From assembly GCA_965248355.1 (NCBI GenBank), contig OZ252098.1, forward strand, positions 576,001 through 640,000: DNA of 64,000 bases, given 5' to 3'. This document shows positions 36,637 through 47,919 of this stretch, in pieces. This DNA is from Candidatus Latescibacterota bacterium. Lineage in GTDB: Bacteria > Latescibacterota > UBA2968 > UBA8231. Both the position numbers and the translations under genes were made by a program. Every line of letters starts with the position of its first letter. Position 1 is the stretch's first letter. The notes below the pieces were generated by a model, which did not search any database, was not told where the DNA came from, and worked only from the letters and a program-made list of their open reading frames with translations.

Positions 36637-37554
36637 TCAGAGCAACTGCGCGGCGACTACACCCTTTCCCGCCCGCCGCCGCAGCTCTCCCAGGCGGCGT
36701 CCCAGCTTCTCCACCTCCTCCTCGAGGAGACGGATCTCGTCGCCGACGCTGATCTCGCCGTCGCGCTCGAGGTGCCGTCTCCGTTCCTCGGCCTCCTTCT
36801 CGGCCTTGGCCTCGGACATGGAGTTGATGATCACGCCGATGAACAGGTTCAGCATGATCATGGTCCCGAGCATCACGAAGGAGACGAAGAAGGCGGCCCC
36901 GAGGAGGGGCCGGCCCAGGGAGGCTTCGCGCAGGTGGGCCTGGGCGAAGTCGGCGTAACCCGGATAGGCGTCGCTGCCGTACATCTGGATGTACATCACG
37001 TCCGTCCAGTCCTCCAGGGTCACCACCCGGAAGAGGGTGAGCAGCGACGTGGACAGGTCCTGGAAGTGGACGGGGTCGTTGCCCCGGAAGAGAAAGATCC
37101 CCATCACCGAGTACACCTAGAACAGCACCGTCAGCAGCAACCCCACGTAGCCCAGGGAGGGGATCGACTTGAGCAGCGAGCTGACCAGCAGCTGCAGCCT
37201 GGGAACGGCCGTCACCAGCCGCAGGGCCCGCAGCACCCGCGCCAGCCGCAGCACCGCCGCGTACTGCCCTCCCACCGGCAGCAGGCAGACGACCACGATG
37301 AGGAAGTCGAAGACGTTCCAGGGGTCCGCGAAGTAGCGGTACCAGCCCCGGCCGTGGCGCCCGATCTTGAGGGCCGCCTCGAGGATGAAGATCCCCAGGA
37401 CCACCTTGTCGAGGCCGTGCAGAAGGGCCCCGTGGGAGGCCACCAGGTCGCGCGAGGTCTCCAGCCCCACCAGCAGCGCCGCCATGACGATGACGGCCAG
37501 GACCCCGTGCTGGAAGGGGTCGGAGTCCACCAGTCGGCCGAGTGGTTCGGTCAC
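36637..37554 (-). pseudogene. Bacterial voltage-gated Na+/Ca2+ channel (BacNav-like) interrupted by an in-frame TAG (37117-37119)
   Basis: WNVFDF (S3), RLARVLRALRL (S4), then LLTVLF*VYSVMG in the same frame, filter TLEDWTD and S6 MLNLFIGVII. Confidence 0.85.
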
Positions 37555-37641
37555 CGCCGCATCCGGGCGACAGGTCCCGCCAAGTCATGGACATCCCTTG
37601 TATGTGGAGCAGGGATGATGTCAGGGCTGCGACCTGAACTC

Positions 37642-38462
37642 TCAAGGAAGTCTCAGAGTGGCAAGCCACTTCTCGAACTCTCCGTTTCGCCTGGGCAAGA
37701 TGGGGGACTTGCCCTGCTTCAGGGCTTCGCATGTCCTGGCGTCCGCAAAGCCGAGGTCACAGTACGCCATTCCGGCTATATGGGACTGATCTTCGTAGTC
37801 GGATAACTGAGAACCACTCATTTTGGACATCCCCTGGTTGTAGGCTGCACACATTGAGAAGGCGGGCAGGGCCATGATGTCGACCTCCTCGGCGAACTCG
37901 CGACGTGTCGACTCACCCACGAAGAGACCCGATCCCGGCAAGTATTTCGGGATGTGATAGAGAACACGTTCCCTGGGTTCTCGGAGCGCGCCAGTTCGAA
38001 ACCCGGGAAATACCTCTGTGCGTTCGGGGAGGTATTCCTGTATGAAGACTGGGTTCTGCGAGAGTGTCTCAACTTGGCTCTCGACTGGTTCATTCTTCAA
38101 CTTCTCGGTAATGGGCTCGTGGGGAAGGTCGGGCATTGTCTCGACAAGAGAGTCCCTGAAGGGCTGGATCCTCGGAGGCTCGATTCTGAGGAACCGGGCA
38201 AAGGCTGCTTCAACCTCAGCCTGCTCTATTCTGTCCCGAAATCGGGCCCATTGAGTCGTACCCATATTCCTGACTCGGTCGAGGTACTTCGCAACGGTCC
38301 TCCATCCATCCTCTCTTGCTGTGCCAGTTCAAGGAGATGGGTGTAGGAAAGAACGGGTGCCACCTTGCCATCAGAGACTGCCTCCTCGAAGTCGACGACC
38401 CGGCAATTGCCTTCAGCGAGATCGATCCAGTTCGCTGTATCCAGATACGCTTTCTTGCACAT
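37642..38462 (-). pseudogene. Lower-GC hypothetical gene with PIN-like start, frameshifted
   Basis: AYLDTANWIDLA...VLSYTHLLEL. Removing 2 nt from the GAGAG run near 38311 joins it to the 207-aa downstream ORF (QEDGWRTVAKYLDRVRNMGTTQW). Confidence 0.45.
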
Positions 38463-38519
38463 TGTGAATTCTTCAAATTCGCCTGGGAATGTGGGGTTGC
38501 AAGAAGCTGAGTGCAGCAA

Positions 38520-39095
38520 TCATTGCTCTGAAGGCACCGAGGCGAAGAGCCGCCGCACGGCGCACCCGAAGCCCGGCAGAACATCTCCGCCCCCGAGATC
38601 CTGCTCCGTTCCGACCACCTCGACCTCGCGTGCCGACCGGTATACGTGGACCATCCGGGTTTCCGGTTCCACGAGCCAGACCAGGCGAGTCCCGGCCGCG
38701 AAGTACTCGGCGATCTTGACGTGGACATCCGCGAGGCGGTCCGACGGTGAGACGACTTCGACAGCGAGGTCGGGAGCGAAGGGCCAGTAACGGGCGGGGA
38801 TGCCTGTGTCCGGAATACGGGACTTCAGCACGACTGCGGCGTCTGGAGCGCGTACCGTATCAGGGTCCCGCTTCAGGATGAACCCGGTCTCGGCGCCGCA
38901 GCAGACGCCGAGGTCGTGTGCTTCGACGTACTCGTCGAGCAGGCGCCCGATGCGGACCGCCAGGGCGCCATGCCTGCCGCCAGTCGGGGTCATGGGAACA
39001 AGCTCTCCTTCGACGAGCTCAGAACGACCGTCATCGTCCGGCAGGTCGAACAGCTCTTCGGCAGTCATGCGTGAACGGGGGGCGGTGACGGTCAT
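38520..39095 (-). CDS. Uma2 (DUF820) family endonuclease
   Basis: ELVEGEL..M.P...HG, VRAPDAA, APDLAVEVVSPSD, KIAEYFAAG and VLPGF. Confidence 0.9.
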   Translation of the reverse strand: MTVTAPRSRMTAEELFDLPDDDGRSELVEGELVPMTPTGGRHGALAVRIGRLLDEYVEAHDLGVCCGAETGFILKRDPDTVRAPDAAVVLKSRIPDTGIPARYWPFAPDLAVEVVSPSDRLADVHVKIAEYFAAGTRLVWLVEPETRMVHVYRSAREVEVVGTEQDLGGGDVLPGFGCAVRRLFASVPSEQ

Positions 39096-39247
39096 CGAGT
39101 CCTCCTGACATCAAAATGGAGCTCATCGAGATGACAGAATCGAAGGAAGGAGTCGCTCACCGGGCAAGGAGCCCGAAGCACCTCGACGCCCTCGGGTACT
39201 TGGGAGAGCGGCAACAGGGCGGATGCGGCGAAGGCCCGGAAAAGGCG

Positions 39248-39281
39248 ACAGGCACTTGACCTCCCTGGGCCAAGTGCCTGT
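39248..39281 (-). terminator. Hairpin downstream of tRNA-Phe (probable intrinsic terminator)
   Basis: ACAGGCACTTG / CAAGTGCCTGT 11-bp inverted repeat with short T/A runs on both sides. Confidence 0.6.
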
Positions 39282-39298
39282 TTTCCCTTGAGAATAAG

Positions 39299-39374
39299 TG
39301 GTGGCTCCTCGCGGAATCGAACCGCGGACACAGGGATTTTCAGTCCCCTGCTCTACCAACTGAGCTAAAGAGCC
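39299..39374 (-). tRNA. tRNA-Phe (GAA)
   Basis: GGCTCTTTAGCTCAGTTGGTAGAGCAGGGGACTGAAAATCCCTGTGTCCGCGGTTCGATTCCGCGAGGAGCCACCA: 76 nt, folds as a cloverleaf, CCA encoded. Confidence 0.97.
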
Positions 39375-39393
39375 AAGCTCCAAAGAGGCGCGG

Positions 39394-39423
39394 AATATAT
39401 CCGCGCCCGAGAAAGAGTGTCAA
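39394..39423 (-). promoter_or_regulatory. Sigma70-type promoter of tRNA-Phe
   Basis: TTGACA-N18-TATATT followed by a GC-rich discriminator. Confidence 0.6.
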
Positions 39424-39434
39424 GGAGAGCCCCA

Positions 39435-40001
39435 ATGGCGGTCAGCGTGATCCCTTTCCGGATGCCGGAGCCGGGCCAGATTCCGGAGCACATCGCCGGG
39501 CACCTGCGGCAGATGCCGGCCCACGAGGCCGTGCGCCGCGGCATGGAGCTGCTCATGCAGATCGAGGTGGCCCACGTCATGCTCTGGGAGCGGGTCGACG
39601 GCGAGGGCCGGCTGCACCTGCAGGAGGTCCTGGTCAAGGATGGGCGGCCGGAAGAGCTGAAGGAGAGGCTGGGCTCCGAGCCCTTCTACGGAGAGCCGCT
39701 CGACGGGGCCGCCTCGGGGCTGGCGGGCCGGGCCTTCGAGGCCGGCCAGTCGCTGCTGATCATGGGCCAGCAGGCCGCCGGGGAGGAGCCGGGGCTGCCG
39801 CCGGCGCTGGCCGCCCACCTGCTGCCGGAGGGCGCCGGAAATGTGGGATTCCTCTACGTGCTCACCCTGGCCGCCGCGGACAGCCGGCCCCTGGGGGCGC
39901 TGACCCTCGTGAGGCCCGCCTCGGAGGGGCCCCTCAACCACGAGCAGCCCAACATCACCGAAGCGATGCGCCGTCTCCTGTCGGAGATCCTGGCCGGCTG
40001 A
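39435..40001 (+). CDS. Hypothetical protein, GAF-like
   Basis: AGGAG RBS; GLAGRAFEAGQSLLI and PLGALTL resemble GAF elements. Confidence 0.55.
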   Translation: MAVSVIPFRMPEPGQIPEHIAGHLRQMPAHEAVRRGMELLMQIEVAHVMLWERVDGEGRLHLQEVLVKDGRPEELKERLGSEPFYGEPLDGAASGLAGRAFEAGQSLLIMGQQAAGEEPGLPPALAAHLLPEGAGNVGFLYVLTLAAADSRPLGALTLVRPASEGPLNHEQPNITEAMRRLLSEILAG

Positions 40002-40073
40002 CGGGTCTCCGTACACACGAACGCCCGCCACCCCCGAGAGGGCTGCGGGCGTTTGTCGGTGCGGGACCTCGGC

Positions 40074-40343
40074 CTAGCGGGCGACGGCCTCGAGGACCTG
40101 GTTCTGCACTATCCACGCCTCCACCTCTTCGCCGCTCACATCGGCCAGCATCCGGCCGTTGATCTCGACGCACGGAGAGAGGGGCTGGCCGCTCTTCTGG
40201 ACCATCTCGGCGTAGTTTTGGGGGTTGTTGATGATGTCACGGTCTTCGTACGCCAGTCCGTGCCGGTCGAAGACCTCGCGAACCCCGGCGCTCCAGCCAC
40301 AGACGGGCTTGAGCCAAGCGATGATCTTGGGTGCTTCGGCCAT
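40074..40343 (-). CDS. Monothiol glutaredoxin-like protein
   Basis: KPVCGWS, KSGQPLSPCVEING; AGGAGG RBS. Confidence 0.8.
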   Translation of the reverse strand: MAEAPKIIAWLKPVCGWSAGVREVFDRHGLAYEDRDIINNPQNYAEMVQKSGQPLSPCVEINGRMLADVSGEEVEAWIVQNQVLEAVAR

Positions 40344-40410
40344 GCGGTGAGCCTCCTGAGAGAGGTGGAGAGGGTGTTCCGAGGGGGGTACGGCAGCCTG
40401 TTGAAGGGCG

Positions 40411-40438
40411 AATATACACAGGCCTATCTATCTGTCAA
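40411..40438 (-). promoter_or_regulatory. Sigma70-type promoter of the glutaredoxin gene
   Basis: TTGACA-N16-TATATT on the minus strand. Confidence 0.5.
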
Positions 40439-40565
40439 GCCAATGTGTTAGGTACATTTCACCGATTGACGGAACGGGGCCGCCCCCATTACATTAGCGG
40501 TCACCCCCTCCCAGGTTTTCCCGTCCGTCCGCCCTCGCTCCCCGCGGAAAAGCGAATCCAACGAG

Positions 40566-41837
40566 ATGGCCGAAGAAGCACTCTTCATCGAGGGCGCCCG
40601 GCCCCTGGGGGGCGAGACTGCGATCCAGGGCTCCAAGAACGCGGCCCTGCCCATGATCGCCGCCTCCCTGCTGGCCTCCGAGGGACAGACCGTCCTGCAT
40701 CGGGTGCCGCCCGTCAAGGACGTGCTCGTGGCGCTGGAGATCCTGCGCCGGCTCGGCGCCCGCGTCGAATTCGATCCCGCCGTCGGCACCGCCGTCATCG
40801 ACACGACCACCGTCAACTCCACCGAGCTGCCGCCGGAGATGGGCGCGCGCATGCGGGCCTCGCTGCTCTTCGTGGGGCCCATGATCAGCCGCTTCCGCAC
40901 CGCCACGATCGACGAGGTGGGGGGCTGCACCATCGGGGAGCGCGGCACCGACTACCACTACCGCGGGTTCGCGCGCATGGGGGCCACCGTCGAGGGCACG
41001 CCCTCGGGCGGCTACGTGGTCCGCGCCGAGGACCTGCGCGGAGCCGACATGTACTGCGACGTGCCGAGCCACACCGGCACCGAGAACCTGGTCATGGCCG
41101 CCAGCCTCAGCGAGGGCGAGTCGGTCATCGTCAACGCCGCCTCCGACCCCGAGATCGTCGACTTCGGGGAGCTCCTGGCCAAGATGGGGGCCCGCGTCGA
41201 CGGCCTGGGCACGCGCAGGGTGCGCATCACCGGCGTCGACCGCCTCCGGGGCGCCGAGCACACGGTCATGCACGACCGCCTCGACGCCGGCCTGATGCTC
41301 ATGGCGGCGGCCATCACGCGCGGCGAGGCCACCCTCACGGGGGTCCGTTTCGACCACCTGGAGATCTTCGAGGCCAAGCTCAGGCAGATGGGCGTGGAGC
41401 TTCAGCCCCGGGACGGCGGGCGGGTGACGGTGCGCGGCCCCGAGCGGCTGTCGCCGATCAACGTGGTGGCCACCTTCTACCCCGGCATGCCCACCGATCT
41501 GCAGCCCGGGCTCACCGCCCTGGCCTGCACGGCCCACGGCGACAGCTTCATCCGCGAGACCGTCTTCGAGAACCGCATGGGCCACCTGAAGAACCTGCGT
41601 CAGTTCGGGGCCCGGGTCTCGCCGGAGAAGGACCAGCTCATGATCGTCCACGGCCCGGCCCGGCTGAAGGCGACCCGGGTGAGGGCCAGCGACATCCGCG
41701 CCGGCGCCGCCTGCGTGCTGGCCGGACTGGCGGCCGAGGGGCGCACGGAGATCACCAATCTCTACCAGCTCGACCGGGGCCACACCCGCCTCGAGGAGCG
41801 CCTGGTCCAGCTCGGGGCCCGGCTCGAGCGCCTGTGA
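40566..41837 (+). CDS. murA: UDP-N-acetylglucosamine 1-carboxyvinyltransferase
   Basis: GSKNAALP, MRAS, GGCTIGER (Cys115-equivalent present), PGMPTDLQP, FENR, DIRAG, LDRG. Confidence 0.93.
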   Translation: MAEEALFIEGARPLGGETAIQGSKNAALPMIAASLLASEGQTVLHRVPPVKDVLVALEILRRLGARVEFDPAVGTAVIDTTTVNSTELPPEMGARMRASLLFVGPMISRFRTATIDEVGGCTIGERGTDYHYRGFARMGATVEGTPSGGYVVRAEDLRGADMYCDVPSHTGTENLVMAASLSEGESVIVNAASDPEIVDFGELLAKMGARVDGLGTRRVRITGVDRLRGAEHTVMHDRLDAGLMLMAAAITRGEATLTGVRFDHLEIFEAKLRQMGVELQPRDGGRVTVRGPERLSPINVVATFYPGMPTDLQPGLTALACTAHGDSFIRETVFENRMGHLKNLRQFGARVSPEKDQLMIVHGPARLKATRVRASDIRAGAACVLAGLAAEGRTEITNLYQLDRGHTRLEERLVQLGARLERL

Positions 41838-42973
41838 TCGAGCTGAGGACCGACACCGTGTACCTGGCGCGGGTCCCCGTTCAGGGGGACACGGCGCCCT
41901 GGGAGAGCTACCGCGAGCTGGCTCTCGCCGCCCTGGACGGCCTCGATCTCGACCTGCCCGAGGACGGCACGGTCTGCATCAAGCCCAACGCCACCGTCCT
42001 CTATCCCGCCGACAAGCGGATCATCACCCATCCCGGGTTCCTGGCCGGGCTCGTCGAGTCCTTCGCCGCCCGCGGCGTGGCGCCGTCGCGCATCGAGGTC
42101 GGCGACGGCCAGTCGGGAGAGAACCCGGGCGGCGGCCACACCTGGAAGCTCACCGGATACGCCGACTCAGTGGCCGGCGCCGGGGCGCGGCTGGTGCCCT
42201 TCAACGACACCCCGGCGCGCGAGGTGGAGGTCCCGGGCGGTGTCGTCTTCCAGAGCTATCCCGTGTACACCGCGGTCACCGACTGCGCCTTCCTGGTCAA
42301 CGCCCCCCTGGCCAAGTGCCACAACCTCGGCTGCACCACCCTGGCCATAAAGAACCTCATGGGCGTCCTCGGCCGGCCGCAGAGGCACCTGTGCACGGTG
42401 CAGCCCTGCGACGAGCCCCTCGGCGAGGAGGCCCTCTACCGCCTCGGCGATTCCGGGCTGAGCGTCTTCGAGGAGCGCTTCTACCACAAGCTGTGCGACA
42501 TCGTGGCGGCCGTGCGCGCCCTCGGCATGCCTCGGCTTTGCGTGGTGGACGGGCTCATCGGACGCGACGGCACGGCCTTCAACGAAGGCGAGAACTATCC
42601 CCTCGGTTGGTCCCTGGCCGGCGTCGACGAGGTCCGCGTCGATGCCGTGGCCACCTGGCTCATGGGCCTGGATCCCGTGCGCACGCCCTACCTGCAGTTC
42701 GCCGAGGCCCGCGGCCTTGGCTGCATCCGCCCCGACCAGACCGACGTCGTCGACCTGTCCAGGGGAGACCGCATGTCCGCCGCGCAACTGGCGGCGGTTC
42801 GCCGCCCCGAGCCGCTGATGCCCGTCAGCCGCTGCCAGGGCGGCTACTACGCCCGCTTCCGCGAAGACGGCTCCGCCGTGCCGTGGCGCATCGACGACGT
42901 CAACGCGCAGCGCCGGCGCGACGGCCTCGAGCCGGTTCCCGTCCACGTCCTCGAGAGCCTGGCCGCCGGCTAG
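41834..42973 (+). CDS. DUF362 family protein (cytoplasmic, Cys-containing)
   Basis: VCIKPN, ITHP, NAPLAKCH, TLAIKNLMG, VVDGLIG, VDAVA; GTGA overlap with murA. Confidence 0.75.
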   Translation: MIELRTDTVYLARVPVQGDTAPWESYRELALAALDGLDLDLPEDGTVCIKPNATVLYPADKRIITHPGFLAGLVESFAARGVAPSRIEVGDGQSGENPGGGHTWKLTGYADSVAGAGARLVPFNDTPAREVEVPGGVVFQSYPVYTAVTDCAFLVNAPLAKCHNLGCTTLAIKNLMGVLGRPQRHLCTVQPCDEPLGEEALYRLGDSGLSVFEERFYHKLCDIVAAVRALGMPRLCVVDGLIGRDGTAFNEGENYPLGWSLAGVDEVRVDAVATWLMGLDPVRTPYLQFAEARGLGCIRPDQTDVVDLSRGDRMSAAQLAAVRRPEPLMPVSRCQGGYYARFREDGSAVPWRIDDVNAQRRRDGLEPVPVHVLESLAAG

Positions 42974-42986
42974 CCGGGACGCCCCC

Positions 42987-43328
42987 TTGTCCGACGCCAC
43001 CCTGGCCGGGCTCCAGCGGCAGGTGGACGAGTGGATCCGGACCGTCGGCGTGCGCTACTACGGCGAGCTGACGAACACCGCCATCCTCGCCGAGGAGGTG
43101 GGCGAGGTGGCCCGCCTCATGGCCCGCCTCTACGGCGAGCAGAGCTTCAAGCCGGGCGAGGAGCAGGGCCGCCAGGCCCTGGCCGCGGAGATGGCCGACG
43201 TCCTCTTCGTGCTGATCTGCCTGGCCAACCAGACCGGCGTCGACCTGGATGAGGCCTTCGCCCGGAGGCTTGAGGCCAGGACGAGCCGCGACCGCGAGCG
43301 GCACTCCTCGAATCCCAAGCTGCGCTGA
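42987..43328 (+). CDS. MazG-like nucleotide pyrophosphohydrolase (YpjD type)
   Basis: LAEEVGEVAR...EMADVLFVLICLANQTGVDL. Confidence 0.88.
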   Translation: MSDATLAGLQRQVDEWIRTVGVRYYGELTNTAILAEEVGEVARLMARLYGEQSFKPGEEQGRQALAAEMADVLFVLICLANQTGVDLDEAFARRLEARTSRDRERHSSNPKLR

Positions 43329-43851
43329 GCCCCGCGCCCAGGCGCGCCGGACTGCTCACTCCGCTTCCCGATACAAACATCAGCCTCCAACCGGCAGGTC
43401 CGCCGGCTGGATCGCGGGGTCAGGTAGCCCAGGATGAGCACCGAGGGCAGGCTTCGGACCAGAAGGGCGGTCTTGGCGGAGGGACAAAGCGCTGGCTTAC
43501 AGCAGCGGCGTTGAATGCCGCAATCGCGTTTGCTCCCGAGAAATGCGTATCGGGCACGGGGTCAATGGGGTTACGATCATACGGGCCAAGGGACGGGTTC
43601 GTAGCCGTTGTCGCTTGAGGGCAACTCCGGCAGTGTGCCGACGTCGACGGCGCCCCCTGCGGGCGGGGACAGGGGATTTATCGTGGGCGGGGGTCAACGC
43701 GAACGCCGTGGGATCGGTGAACGACACGGTCCGCACACTCCTGCTTGCGGTTCCCTCCCGCCGTGCCCTTCGCAGCGCCGGTCTCTCTCATCGCCGGAAT
43801 CACGGATCGACCTGGGCGCCGAAGACCCAGGGGCGGGCCTGCTTTGAGGAG

Positions 43852-45277
43852 GGGGCAAGTCCCATTTTCAGTTGAAACGTAGCCCAGGCTCGAGTGGATG
43901 AGTCAGCCCGTCATCGCGAGCTGCTGGATGCCGAGCTCGGCTTGGAGCGCTTGCCGGAGCATCGGCAGGTGGTGGTAGCCGTTGATCCGGCGCAGGCGAG
44001 GTTCGATGTCAAGCAACGCCGTGGCGACCCAGCGGTGACGCTGCGACGAGTTGGTCCAGCGCCGCACGTTGTGCGTCAACTGCTCCAGGAGACTGTTGAC
44101 GTTCTCGATACAGTTGGTGGTACGGAAGGAGGCCTTCAGCATCGGCATCAGGCCCAGGCGGTGGAGCGTGAGGGTTTCTTGCTGGCCTTCCTCCAAGCTG
44201 CGCAGGGCCGACTGGTTCATCAACTGCAACCCCGGTTTCAGCGCCTCCAGGGCGGCTTGGGCCTCCTCGTACGTCGAGTGCCCATACGCCGCTTCCAGCT
44301 TTCGACGAAGGCCGGCCTGCTCGCTCTTGGGCAGGTACGAGACCACGTTCTGGCGCTTGTGATACTGGCATCGCTGCACGCAGGCATGGCCCTGGAGCAC
44401 CGACCGCACCGCCTTGTACAGGCCCTTGCCTCCATCGATCACCACGAGCAGCCCGGCTTCGTATTGCAGGCCCCGCTCGACCAGCTCCGCCAGGAAGCGG
44501 CGACAGACGCGCTCGTTCTCGGTGGCCGCCTGCACGAAGCCCAAGGGCACCTTCTGGCCCTCCAGAGTCACACCCAGGGCGATGAGGATCTCCTCGTCGG
44601 CGAAGCTCTTGCCGTCCAGAAACAGCGCCACCAGGTCGTAGCCTTCCAAGGATCGCTGCTGGAATTCGGCCAGCTTGCGCGCCGTGCCTTTCACGTACCG
44701 GCGAGAGACCGAGGAACGGGACAGACCGAAGGCTTGCGGGACGGTCTCGGCGCAGGCCTCGTAGTTGCGCGTGGCCAAGCCCTTCAGCACCCGCAACAAC
44801 AGCCCCTGGTCCATCTGCCTCGGCGTCTGCAGGGCCTGATAGGCCTCCAGCGGGACCTCGGTGCCGCGGACCACATCGCGCACGCGCGGCACCTCGACCG
44901 GCAGTTTCTGATCGCCCAGGTACACCGACCCGGCCTGCGCCCCCCAGCGGCGCAACGCCTGATCCGGACCCTTGCGCTGATACCGAGGTCCGGCCAAGGC
45001 CTCGACCGACTGCTGCAGCTCCTCCGAGACCGCCTGCAGACCCAAAGGGATCAGCAGCTGGATGACCTCGATGCGAGTCTCCAGATCGTCCATCGACGCG
45101 GTGGCTTGGCGGTTCACGGGGCCGATGGCCACGGTCCGTTTGACGCCCTTCTTCCGTGCTTGTAGCTTGCTCATGGCAGGCTCCTTGGGTTACCGATACG
45201 AGGCTTCTTGGGGATTTCTCGTATCAAACGTAACGATGGGAGCCTGTGCTATTTCAACTAAGATCGGGACAATGCCC
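43852..45277 (-). mobile_element. IS256-family insertion sequence
   Basis: Imperfect 26-bp terminal inverted repeats (GGG...GTCCC...AGTTGAAA, 18/26 match) around the transposase. Confidence 0.8.
43903..45174 (-). CDS. IS256/Mutator-family DDE transposase
   Basis: VPRVR, LFLDG, VIDGGKGL, QRCQYHK and RTTNCIE motifs. Confidence 0.9.
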   Translation of the reverse strand: MSKLQARKKGVKRTVAIGPVNRQATASMDDLETRIEVIQLLIPLGLQAVSEELQQSVEALAGPRYQRKGPDQALRRWGAQAGSVYLGDQKLPVEVPRVRDVVRGTEVPLEAYQALQTPRQMDQGLLLRVLKGLATRNYEACAETVPQAFGLSRSSVSRRYVKGTARKLAEFQQRSLEGYDLVALFLDGKSFADEEILIALGVTLEGQKVPLGFVQAATENERVCRRFLAELVERGLQYEAGLLVVIDGGKGLYKAVRSVLQGHACVQRCQYHKRQNVVSYLPKSEQAGLRRKLEAAYGHSTYEEAQAALEALKPGLQLMNQSALRSLEEGQQETLTLHRLGLMPMLKASFRTTNCIENVNSLLEQLTHNVRRWTNSSQRHRWVATALLDIEPRLRRINGYHHLPMLRQALQAELGIQQLAMTG

Positions 45278-45489
45278 TAAGAAAAATGGACCGGGGAAAG
45301 TCAGCAAAATCAGAGGCGATTTCATCTGCGGTGTACTCAGCGTTGATATAACCCCTAACTCGTATCAAGGCGTCGTGCAGGTTCTCAAAGATGCACCGGT
45401 TGGCTTTCACTAGCGCTTGGAGGGTCGCGGTTGTCGCGGCGATTGAGTATAGGGTACACGTCCGTGACATTTGGGTGACTCATAATCGC

Positions 45490-45850
45490 TCCGCATGGCG
45501 CTGACCAGAGTGGTCACCGAGCCGACGTCGGGGACCTGGATGACGATCTGCCCGGCGCGGACGGTCTCGCCCGTACTCAGCGCCTGCGCCAGGGGGAACT
45601 CGTCCAGGCCCATCTGGCGCCCGTCGCCGCGCCGGAGGGTCAGGATCTCCAACAGCTGCTCGCCGCCGCCTTCCGGCGTCGGCAGGCCGCCGCAGAGTGG
45701 CCCAGGCCCTGGCCCCGGTGACGGATCGGGGCCGTCAGCAGGGAACTCAGCGCCGCAGGGGGCCGAAGCTCCGGAAGGCCCATCGACCGGGCGTGGCCGG
45801 CGAAGTCTCGGACTCGGAGCGGTCCCGGCAGGTTGCCGAGGTACTCCTCT
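45490..45850 (-). pseudogene. Fragments of a GAF/PAS sensor protein
   Basis: YLGNLPGPLRVRD and LLEILTLRRGDGRQMGLDEFPLAQALSTGETVRA...VPD..SVTTLV in different frames. Confidence 0.45.
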
Positions 45851-46488
45851 GGAACTGCGTTCACGGCGGCTGGATGCACCAAGGGCCGCGGCCGTTCCGG
45901 GCGGCGGCCGCCTCGCCCGCGCCGGGATCTCTGGCCCTTCCCTTATAGGAATGCAAAACCTGTGCCGCTTCGTGAAGCAGAGGGGGTAGAAACTCGTCAA
46001 CTCATTGTAGATAAACGAGTTGGATCATACGCGAGGACCATGGAATTCGTCGGCTTGAATCTCTCGGCGTGTCGCAGAATGCTACACATGGCAAGCCGCC
46101 GGAGAGGCCGCGTTGCCCCTGGGAACTGACTGTAAATGGCGCTGCAAAAAGGACTTATGAAAGAGCCCGAGGGGCCCGGACCGGGGTCGTGTGTCAATTT
46201 GAACCTCGGGGGCGCATTTTGCTACACAGCCTGGCAGGCGCCTCGGTTTCGGTGAGCCCCTTTCGGGGGCCCAGCCCGGAGAACGGGTCGGCGATCGAGA
46301 GCTGTGAAGTGGACGAGCGGGAGGGGATCACCCGGGCTGGACCCAGGTCGGCACCAGGACCAGCCGCCGGAGGATCCGGGTCCGTCCCAGCCGTGCCTTC
46401 GGCTTGCGGGTTCGGGCGAGGAACGGGTCGGCTCTGGCCCCGCGGTGGAAGTCACCTCCGCGCCGCCGGCCGGGATGCTGCGACCCTG

Positions 46489-47915
<1,427 letters not shown>

Positions 47916-47919
<4 letters not shown>

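Noticed and set aside
22907-37119. Genome-wide stop-codon reassignment suggested by two in-frame stops
   Set aside because: The two stops are different codons, and both TGA and TAG end many clearly full-length genes here (murA TGA; speE, speD and vapC TAG).
43490-43850. Possible ncRNA or riboswitch in the long non-coding stretch left of IS256
   Set aside because: I recognised no conserved RNA motif; an Rfam/Infernal scan would be needed.
46069-46488. Short ORFs downstream of miaB
   Set aside because: No RBS, motif or convincing codon pattern.
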